Assembly: GCA_903813345.2 (NCBI GenBank)
Contig: CAIIXF020000001.1
Location: 10,168,001-10,232,000, forward strand
Reading direction: 5' to 3'
DNA length: 64,000 nt
Origin: Owenia fusiformis
Taxonomy: Eukaryota
This document shows, one piece after another, positions 12,239 through 24,400 of this stretch. A model generated the notes under the pieces. That model was not told the origin of the DNA, did no database searches, and worked only from the letters and a program-made list of their open reading frames with translations. Each line of letters starts with the position of its first letter. The stretch's first letter is position 1. The translations under genes and the position numbers were made by a program.

Positions 12239-12422
12239 AACTGGCTATGCAGAAGTATATTCAACTATTGTATATGTATGTTTGTCAGTTCCTTAACAGT
12301 CAGATTGCACTGGTTTTCATATATATATTACATGGCAATGTCAAGCAATGAATGAGATTCATTATATAAATATTCCATTTCGGTACTTATTGTCAGAATA
12401 TCACGATAGATTGGTGCTGTAA

Positions 12423-15400
12423 TTACAGGTAAATCCGACGCAAATCTGCGGGTGACGTTATAATGTTGCATTGTGGGCAAAGTTTCTTGGCACCTAATGT
12501 ACGTAACCAGCATTCTTCACAATGAACGTGCCAGCATTGGATTGAAGTTAGGGGATTAGTATACTGCTCCTAAAAAACAGAAAAAATTTGGTCGATAAAA
12601 ATTTGGTTGATACTGATTTATATTTCAAATAAACCTATTAAACTTGATGCTGCGCAATCTTTTAGCCAAAGGGAAGTCAACTTGTGTATTTTCAAATATC
12701 TATGCAGACTTACCATACATATCAAACACTTGTTCCTTGGGGGTGAGTTAGGGGCTCGTTTGCCAGGGGACAGTTTGGACTTTGGAGAGCTGTCATTCTT
12801 ATTCTCTGGACTACCCTCATTGCTGTTACTCAAACCATTCACTAAAATGTAATAAATATTAAAAATAAATATAACTAATACTAGTTATACTAGTTTTCTA
12901 TCTAAAATTTTAAATTTTGATTATAAAATGTTTGGTTTATTTATCAATAGCAACTCTTTGTCGGATCCACAGTCTATTATATCCCTCTCACAAGCTTTAG
13001 ATAAAGAGAGACTCTGATAAATCAGAATGGAGCTGAGTGAGTTATAAACAGGTTCCCACTATGAAAAAATACTGTGGATTTTAAGGCCCTCGTGAACCCT
13101 GTTCAAGTCCATGAGTGGGTTGAATTGCTACTCACCCATTGAGGACTCCCATTTACTATTCTCTGCCATAGATGTCGTTGGTGACATTTGGTCCCCTGTG
13201 GCTTTAAGAACTGCTCCACGAAGAGCTTGACGTGCTTTCTCCTCACTCGGTTCATCCTCTATTGTTGGTATGATGTTTACCTCACTATATTGGGGTTTAC
13301 CATACAGGTCATTGTCATCGTCATCAACGTTTAACACACCACTATCTTCTTCTTTTGATGAGCTTGCATAACCTATAAGAACCATAAATTAAGATGAATA
13401 CAACTGACACACTTTATAAATGTGAACCCTTTTCTTAGTCTCAATTTTGTTATCTCCCATTGGCTCAAATATTAAGAAACCTTGAAATGTGAACACTTGT
13501 TAATCCGAACAATTTTGGAGAGTCCCAGTGTTGTTTGGAATAGACTTGTTTTACTTTATACAGTTGTGAACATATGTTGAGGAATCTTCTTACCAAGTAA
13601 GCCTCCAGGCACCATAGAGGTGGCTCTGACCCTAGTCTGGCCTGCCCAGGTATACTCCTCATACTGCTCATCGTCACCCTCAACATCTACTGGCCCAGCA
13701 ATGTCACATCCTCCACGCTAGAACCACAGAGAAAATATCTTGTAATTGCAGAGTACATACATACAGGGTCACCAACTCAGGCCAGTAGTCAGGTGAGTTT
13801 CTTTCAAAGTCATGCAACTTTTTTCTATTTTGAGCACTTTTCATGTGATTTTATGTCAAAATTGTTAGATTTGAACCGCCTTTGTAAAGCTGGCTACGGG
13901 TCTAATCTCATCCACACTCTAATCTTGGTTCATCCATTATCATGGGGGTACTACAGAATATTCATAATAATATTACACATGGTTGCTCTATAACCTCTGA
14001 CTAACTGACTGAAATTCTAAGACCTTAGGAGGAATGAGAGACCATGTCTTAGCAAACAAATTATGTCTTTTCATAAATTGTACTATAGATGTGAAAACAT
14101 GGTTTGACCAAGGCAAAAAATCTCTAGTTCAAGTCAATAGAACTAAACTGAAATGGCTATGAACATGTACATATGTAGATTATATACTTTATGAAGGTGG
14201 TCAGATTTCTTTCTCACATTTGTCATTTTAAAAACTTGTCAGTTCATGATAAATGCCAGGTCAATTGTCTGGCAAAAAGGCTATGGGAGTGAAGTGTTAG
14301 AAGTTCAATTCCATTCTTCCAAGGTCTTTAGTGACCACATAAAACTTTGGGAATAATATGGATGAAGTCCATTGCATTGAATACACAAGTACTGCGTTGA
14401 ATACATAGAGTTTATGAGCCGTAGAGTCCCATACAACACACTATAGTTCACTTCCTAGCTCCTCACAACAACCTGATTAAATCGCAATTACATTAAAATT
14501 CGTCCTGTATGGCGTTAAGAATGGGAATTAATTCTGGTAGTTCAGAGTTGAACAAGTTCATTACAAGTCAGTGGTGTGGCTAATTTTTGAGTTGTGTGAT
14601 TGTGTGAAAGTATTGGCCTGTAAAAGAGCACAAAGGCCAGTGGTCAAGTCACATAGGGCACAGCTGGGGGAGGCAGATTAAGTAGAGAGGGTGGGGCACT
14701 CGACCCTTGCTCATGTAACAAATATCTCATCCTTATTATAGAGTCACTTGATTCATGTCATGACAAGGAAAAACTTGTTCGATGGAAATTGCTAGTTTTG
14801 TATTCAGAAGTGGATTTTAGATTGCGGCAAGGAGGTTGACTCATTATTCCTGGGATCCGAGATGAAGTGATAAAGACGTGTTTATGTCCCCATCAACAAT
14901 ATCGCAACATAACATGGTAACTCAATAAAATAAAACATCAATTCAATTACATGCCATATCTCGCATTACAAATATTAATATTTTGCCCTGACTCCAAGAC
15001 GATAAAACGGTAATTAAGTGTATCATGCACCACTCGGCCTTATAATAAACAATTACTATCAGCTTTTCATTTGTATTTTCACTCTCTAATGGCCCTTTGT
15101 TAATTTAATTTGCTTAAGATCACAACAGTTGAGATTATAAATATGAGATGAGACTTTTATGAGGCAAGCTGCATTTTGCTATAACTAATCAATACGGCGT
15201 GTTAGGACAATTACAACTTTTTTATCATTAAACTCCAATAATTATTCGAGCTGATAGTTTAACTCATGGAATTAATTCATTACTTGAGATTAAGATACTC
15301 GAAGCATATGTGTAATTACATCCCATAATAACATCTGATATAAAAAAATATCTTAAAAAACAGTTTGTCTCAAATATTTCAAAATAAAAAAATGCAAATT

Positions 15401-18400
15401 AAAATACAGTGAGCTAAATGCCAAATGAACCTCATTACGTAGAACACCTCACAAGTGGAACATTTTTAAGAGGTACCAAATCTGTTCCACTTAGACAGGT
15501 TTACTGTACAGAAATTTTAATATTTTCAAAATAAAATTCTTAGTAGGGCTATCTCTAAGTAAATACAAAGGAATTGTTCTTACTCGTTTTAAACAATGTT
15601 CAACGTGTGAATTTAGCTCTTCTGGTGATCCCACCATTTTCTCGTCACATACTGGACAGGCACTTTCCTCTTGTTTGCGACGCTTTATACGATTTTTGGC
15701 TGCAAACAAATTAAATTGTCATTAAACCCTTAATTTGGTGATTGTGGTAGGGTTCTACAGACAAAATACTTGAGGATGTTTGCTATGGAAAAACTAATTT
15801 CCCTTTTCTTATTCCTTTTTATTACAGTTCAACAAAAACATGTTTTACTGAAATTATTTGATTTGTACCTTATTAATTAGGTAAGTATTTAAATGGCACC
15901 TACCATTCAACCGCGACTGCCTGTTAAGTTTAACACGGAGGTATGACTCAAAACGAGACTGAGCAACTGCCTCGAGACTTGGGGTACCTCTACGCCCAGA
16001 AGATGGAGTTAGTGGTACATTCTACAAATATATGACAATAGACACATTAAAGCTACTGAAAGATTGATAAGCGCAGGATAGCTAAATCAGTAGAAAATAT
16101 TTAAATATTCGCTACTACATATAACAATCCTTGAATTTATATTTATCAATTTTTAGAATTATAATTTTGGTGTAAACTTTTGCCAGAAAAAGATTGATCA
16201 ACTAGTATTAAAAATGATGTTTTGTGATGCACTAAATACTTCAACTTTTGATCCACAATTAGAACACAGTATACATGACAGCATATATTTTAATAAAATA
16301 TTTTAAATGGTTCTTTTTGATGAGTTTCAGATCATAACTGAAATAAGCCGATAAACGGCATTGACAAAGAAGTTGATACAATACCAGATGAAAGTGTAAG
16401 TGATAAAAGAATCGATGAAGCGTGCCGATCTACATGAGACAACATAACACATAGACTGCAAGGCTATGTAGTGAGATGTTCTTTAAATTAAATTAATACA
16501 AATAGACATTCCACATGACAGATACTGTCAGTTCCTTATTTAAAACCATCCATTTGAAAATTAATTAGTCTGCTAATGTAACAGTTCATTGCTGCCGGAT
16601 TGACAGTATGTATTGTCACATGTGTGTTCTGTAGATGCACACAGAGCTGCAAACTTCCAACGAACATCTGACAACCCTCCGACAAATAAAAATGCTAATG
16701 AAACAATCAAGGCTCGCTGCTTTGTAATAGTGATATCTTCATTTAGAATTTTTAACACCATTTATTTTTTATTTAGGCTTTGAAATTATTCATATTTGAA
16801 ATGTCAATGATATGGTTTTTGGAGTGGTGATAGACAACTTAGGATAAAATGGCCTTCTAAATGTAGAGTATTAAACTCATGTAAACATTCCTATCTCTAT
16901 ATATGATGGAGACGTCAATGGTTCCCAAGTCAACCGATTTAAATATATGCTTAATTTTAATTAACTTGTCAAAAAATAAGTCAAGACTCTTGCCGAATTC
17001 TAAAAAGAGATTTCCAATTTCCATCAAATTAATAACTTTTTCACATCAAAATAATCATATTCAGAATTTATTTTATTGTGAATTTTATAATAAATATTTT
17101 CAAACATTTATAACCAATGTCAGGTTTGTAAATATTGCTGTGGATATAATAATTTCAAAGCAATATTGTAAACAGGCAATTTTTGCCCCTGAATTTTTCT
17201 GATTTTTAGTACATGTACATACTTTTTAATTTGTGATTATTTTGAAGAAGTGCATATGAGAGAAAATGTAAAAACATGAAAAGTAAATGCTGAACAAACA
17301 CTATAAAATGTTTTACAGTATTCACTTTTTATGAAGTTTTGTTAGAAAATTAATATAAAATTGTGCGAGATTATTTGTCAGAAGTCAATAGAAACATCAC
17401 GCTTCACTAGTTATGTACTAAAATAGATATATTGAATATACCGTAATAAATATCATATTTAACTTAGTTCTTCCTTCATCAGTATTCTATAGGATAAACA
17501 CAGCAATGAATTTCCTAGAATATTTAACTTATTGGCCATAAACAATCAATAGATGCACATTTAAACTCTCTTTCTCCAGTGTATAGGTTCCACATGAATA
17601 ACCACATAGTCAAACTTTATGAACATATTAACATTAATTTCTATTTTAGAGCCTGCAAATGTCACATTGATAAAGTTTGAATGATGAATATTTTTAATTC
17701 TGCTTTACAAGCATTTACACCTTATTCAAGAAGCAAATGACTGTGTTATGTTAGGAAGGTAAAGTATATATAGGGGGGGGGGGGCACAGTCTAGAGGCAA
17801 GACTAGTAAATTGTTTACCTTTCTTCCCAGGGGAGTTGATTCTCTGGAGGCCCCCTTTCTACTGAAAAAAAGAAAATATAAATATGAACAACATAAATAT
17901 TTAATCAAAAGACAAAATACAATAAAAACAATGTTTCATCAGAATCAAGAAGGATTTACAATTCACCGAAGCACTTGATAAACTTGGATGCTGCCATTGT
18001 TATGAAATTAGGAATGTGTTATTAATTACAATATAAAAGGCTAATCTTTTACTAATTCCAAGTTGAAATCGATAAATAACTAAACTTAAGATGCATAGTG
18101 CATATTGTTATGGGCAGTGTGGCAGTCGACACTGATACGAGAGCCTATTGAAACTTAAGCCTGTAATTTCCTGACTCTGATAAGAATTGTCGGGAGAAAG
18201 GGAACTACTTGATGTTTTGATTTGATACTAAACAATAATCAGTTAATGCTATTAAGCGCTAGTAAAGAATGCTAGCAATTATTAAGTAATTTCCACAGTT
18301 GTCTTCGTGTCAAACAAGCAATCTAGAGAATGTTATGATTAAGAAGATGGCAATAAAAGATCAATTGTTCTCATTGTTGACTCCAGGTACTAATCTGACT

Positions 18401-21400
18401 AATCCACAGAGCCAACAAAGCATTCTGCTGGTTGCTACAATACTAACTAAAAGTGTTATTTCACTGCAGAATTTCTTTAATTTAACTCTGAATTCAACCA
18501 ATTGTGTACATTAAGAAATGTGAAGTGCATGCTACTTAACAGTTTTATTTCACTGCTTTTAATTCACAAACACCAAGTATTATTTGCATTTTAATTAAAT
18601 TTACACTAGCCATAGGATCAACTCGTCAAAATGAACAATTCATATCAAACAACGTGATCAAACTGACTCAAACAAATTTCAAATATTTTAAAACCTAGTC
18701 ATTGCTGTAAACTAAGCCCCATCTGTATACGCCTGAAGTTGTCTAGATCAACTTTCATTGCTTATTTGATTACTAAGTTGAGGAACCTTTAGTTTGTTTA
18801 GATTGACATCTAATATGTTACATGGTGTTCTTTAAGTCCTCCGGTGATTACTTGTCAAGTTTCCCACCCTCCACCAAACTGATGTCAGAAAAAGTGACTA
18901 ATTAGCACATATCGTATGATACAAAAAATGAATAAAAAATTGCTTAACTTTTTTTCCCCAGAGCTATCTTTCAGGAATGCTTCTTTAAACCAAGACAGCC
19001 TACTAAATATGGTTGTTTTGAAGAATCCTCAAATATTATCTTAAATTTGTTGACGTTGCAATTATTCATGTCTCAATCTTTGATGAAATAAAACCACAGA
19101 AATAATCCCCAATCTGACCTATGGATTCTGTGGCTTAGAAATTAGCGATAAGCATAAAGTCCGGCACTTCTCAATTTCACATAAGGATTTTGAAGATCTA
19201 GATTCAGATGATATTACTTGATTACCTAGCTGTTGAGATCACATTGAATTTATCTTAATTCACAGACTTAGGATGATATGTTGTAATACATAGAAGATGA
19301 TAGACTTTACAGGGAAAGTAAAAAGCGAAAAGTTTTTTTGAAGTATAAAAAAGTTAATGGATGAGTAAGGTGGAGGTAGGATTGCAGGTCTAACGAGAAC
19401 CTACTCCTAAGACCACCTGATAGAGATGTGTAATCTTAGTGCCAACAATAACAAGATTAGTGGAACTTTTTACACAAGTAACTCTTGGTTAAAGTCGACA
19501 GTTAACGCCAGTTGGCTTAATCCCGACTCCCTAATTACACATTTAGTCTTAGCCGAAGCCTAATTGGACAGTTGTAATGCTCGGGACAGGATTTATATCC
19601 CCACTGGGGCACTTCTAGCCAATCTCCCACTCTAAGAGGCAATCTCCCACAATTACCTATTAACACAGGCTAGATTTGTGGCCGACCAATTAAAACGTCT
19701 CGTAAAATATGACAAATCCATAAGGTCTGTGGCCACTTTGGAACTACTTTACATATTGTGTTTTAAGTTTATCTAAATTAAGGAATGAGGTAATAGCATG
19801 GGACCATGGGGGAAAAATGGTATGTTTTCAAATCTGCTGATCTACGTGACCACTCCCACAGTGTTCGGTTGCTCAACGTATTGCCTAATGAGGTCACAGG
19901 TTTAACAGTTGTTACTGGTTTTTTATGCCACGCTCAATGCTATCAAGTTTGTCAAGACTATCGGCACATTACGGCATTCAGATAAACAGAGTGGATTCAT
20001 TTCCGTGTAGGAAACTTTATCATCACACCACAAATCTGACACTGCTATCTTCAACATTAAAGGCTTGTGATATCTCCAGCATCTATTTCTGCGCTACATT
20101 GCAATAAATTAAAACTCTTGCAATTACATGATAGCTAATCATATTAAAGATGTTAGTTGGTAATTTGCCGATTGTTTTCCACAGCCAGTTACATTACCAT
20201 TAAAGTCTTAATTGATATTTATTGGGAGACAGGGATACAGCAATTGGTTGTAAACACAAGAGATTAGTCGAGGGGCAGTTTGTCAACTGCAATGGGTACT
20301 CCAATGACACTTTGCACTTCTACATTCTCTTGAAATGCTCTAAAAGAAATTACTTCAGTAACATTCTTCTTAATTAGAAGTTAAGTAGATACCTCTCACA
20401 GTCACAACTGGCAGTCGAAGCTCAGAAAGCTTCTTGGAACTTGTTCTGAATCCCGATAGTTAATCCCTTTCAAATGGAATATATCAAGGGTAGAAGTGAG
20501 AATGGAAAGTGGATTACTTAAAATGGGGAGCAGAAATTAATTTATAGGCAAACAAGCCTGAAGAAATCAGGACTTACGACACTCTTGAATCAAGTGCAGA
20601 TTAGAACGTGCCTCCTTTATTACTCCTTAATTAAAGTCAGCACTATTACAAATTGCTATTCAAAACAACTGTTCTTATATAAATTGGGCACAAATGGAAA
20701 TATAACGTTATTTCAAACCTGTATTCAAACTACATTGAGAAATAGTTGATTGGATGTCTAGGACCAAGAAAATCATTTATAGCATTGTTTTGAAATTCAA
20801 TTTTAAAAGAAACAAATCTCTGATCTCTGATCTGAGAAAATATATAACACAATACCCTTTATGTTCAATCGACTTCACATCTTAAAAGAGAGCTTCATCT
20901 GTAGTTTATAACTAGTCTGTGTGCGCAGGGTAACAACATAATACATCTGTAATAAAATTCTGTAAATCTGTTTAGTTTTTTACTCTATTTAGTACAATTA
21001 GTAGAGTTACATAATTACCTATTGGAGCGTTCTAGACGTTCAATCTCCAGGGCATAGTGGGACTGTATTTCTCCAACACGCAGCGACAATCCACACGCGG
21101 GACAGACAGTTGCTCCATCTATGAACACACCAGACTTTTTTCGCTCTGAAAATATAATCAGGGAATTGGATTACCTTGATTGGGTGAGCAGGAAAAAATC
21201 ATTAAATACTTTGAACTAGTTTCACAGGTGTCGGGTGTTTTAAATAGGCAAACAATTGAACCAAATTACTGAATATTTAAACAAATAATCTTGGTGTGTT
21301 ATTGTTTTATTGGTTGATACAGTTTTATGTCCATGACAACTTCATCTTTCAAATACAAGAGTTCAAATAATTTGATCTTCCTTCAACATCCTGATATAAC

Positions 21401-24400
21401 TATTTTGTATTTGTCTTGAATAGGTTGTATTTACATAAATTGCACCACAAAAATAATGTAACTAATAAACAACGGAAAAATCTGACTTTGTTGATCGTGT
21501 AATTGCTCGCATTTTAAGAATATGAATACGTTTCTGATATCTAACCAACAAATTATATCATTCTTAGAAAGGCATGCCTCAATTAACGGCAATAGATTAC
21601 CAAGCTTATTAACAAAAGGCAAAAATAATCACAGGTTCGATGTGATAAATGAAGTTCTTGGCATTTCGACACCATTACTAAATGATTCTGTTACCATTAT
21701 GATCCGTCAAGAAAACTTAGCTTCACTCTTTCTGATGAAAAACTCATTAGCACATATTGAAAAGCTTCGATCTGCAAGTTCTTTAATTTGATAATTATGA
21801 TAAAGGTCATATATCATGTTCAGCTGTCGGCAAAGATACATTTCAGATACATAATAATCATTCTAAATCCTCATCCTGCCAGTTGATTTAATTTTTCGTG
21901 AATTCGTGTTTGAATACCTCGTTCTTAAAATATTTCTTATCAAGGTGACATTGCTTCTTCTATTGTGTCATATGCATTTTGTAATCTCAATAATATTAAA
22001 ACTCGGAAATAGAAAAAAATAATGACAAACCGATGAGTTGAAGTATTTCATGTCACCATACGAAGAATTTCAATCTCAATTTTTCAAGCAAATCATTTCT
22101 TCATAGTTTACATAGAAATGGACTGCCACGATTATGACTGTAAAATGGATACAAATTCCCGGCAATTAATCTTGAACTACCTGAATGGTAACATTGCTAT
22201 TGTTTTTAGATACACATACAAACCCGGCTCAATTTTTTACCATCATTTCGGAATTTAATGATCATTATGCTGCAGTGCAAACAGTACCGGTTTTTACTAA
22301 GTCATTATCCTGTTATACAAGACTCAATCGTCAGGGTCTAAATCACTCGTCACTTTCAAGAAATGTCACATGAAATATTGTGCTGGCGGTAAATCATCAT
22401 GATTCCATATGATGTTATCTGGATGAGAGACAATTAATGGTAGAAAAACAACATAAAGTGAGTATTTCCTTTAGACTCGTTCCTAATTTCCTGTAGGATA
22501 AAACGTCTACCTGAACAGTTTCTGGGGAAGATTCTACAGATAAAGTACCTTATTTTTTATGATGCTATATTTATTATTTTAAGTGGTTATCGTTCATTTT
22601 TACATTATCTGCTTCATTACTTTTCTCATAGAATTATTTCAAATCATTTTTTTGATGGTCTTCGATTGCTTAATCTTGAACCACAAAATACAAAAAATCA
22701 GATTAATGGAAATGGTATAAATAAGACTATACAAAACAAGAGAGGATATAAGTTTTATGAATGTACAATTATTTAACATTCAGTTTCGTTCTGGTGCTGA
22801 AAGGAATTCAAATCCTCATTTTGGTTCTTATAAATAATAAGGTTATCAATCAAAATAGTTGATTCTCCAATTTCTGACACAATGATGAGCACAAGCAATA
22901 GAAGGCAGTTTAAATTCATGGCAGGTAATGATTGCCTCACATTACCACAAACATAAAGAATATCAGTTTTACATCATTTTACATTACAAATAACAATACA
23001 GGTCTAAACCACCAGATATGAATCTTAATTTTGATACCATTTACAGCAATAATAGTCATGGGAATATTTTTTATTGGTACCATAATTGATTTTGAAATTG
23101 AAATAAGACATGATATTGATCAATGAATTTAAAGCGATAGCAAAGGAGAACAAAAAATTAGAAGCAATCTTTTAAAAAACATGATAATGCATTCTTTAGG
23201 AACCCTTAAATATTTGAAAACATTTGATTCAATTTGGAATTGAAGACATTAGGTGCAGAAATATCAAAATTGAAAAAAGGATGGTCCATTTTTAAGAATT
23301 ATTGCTAAGTATAAAAATCAAAGCATTTCCATGATAAAAACTATATTATTTGTTGCTATATCTTAAATTCATTGAAACACCAAATTACAACTTTCATATC
23401 ACTTTTGTATTAGAAAATGTATTTATTGGAATTTTGAAATATTATCATTATTAAAAAGTTGCTTGTTGGTGATCTCATTTGTTGAAGTAATGTTGTGCTC
23501 AACTGGTTGGCATCTAATTAAAGCAAAGAACAAATGTATTCAGTGAGTTGATGGCTTCAGCCCAGTGATGCATGCATATATGGATATAATGTGGTTATAG
23601 TTTGGACATTTGTCATTTTCCATCTCAATTTGTCAAGTATGAATCTACGTTAATGGCTTATTAAAAGATAATACCAAACTATGATCCATGTATTTTCGCT
23701 AGCTATTCAAAGCTGTAGTTAACGGTTTTGATATCAAAATGAATTAAATAGTTGATCAACATTAAAACGGAAATAATTCTATAAAGTGTCAGACATAAAA
23801 AGTGAAATACAAAACATAAATTCAATTAACATTTTATAGCAATATTTCAATGATCTGTTAGAAATAAAGACGATTTGACAACTTTGTCAAGTATCTTTAA
23901 AACGGTGAATGATGATTTTTGAATGAGTTAAAAAAAGTATTTTTCTAATTTTGTCATAAAATGTTAAATGCATTCTCAACACAAAACAAAGTCAACTGTG
24001 TTCTAGTATAAGACAAGGTGTATATAAAATGTCCCGAAAGTGACTAATAGACCTCTGACGATCCTAAAAAGCGTAAAACAATCTGGAATTCACACCTTAA
24101 ATACAAAAAGAGCAGTTTATTTTCTAATTTGTCATGCTAGAAGTAGCAATGTTAAAAGCCCAGGTGTATCATATTAGGCCATTACATATCTTATAAACAA
24201 CATAAAATGGAATTCAAAATTTTAAGCTTGGTGATTTCAGTTAATTTTCACACCGCATCTGACAAACGAATTTCTGTTACTTCTTAGTTGTGATGACTGA
24301 TATAAATATGATTTATTTTTTCAACCATTTAGTACAAAGACAAGTCTGTAAATTTATTTCAATTTGATGAGCACTGTAGCATATATTGAAAACTCTAAAA

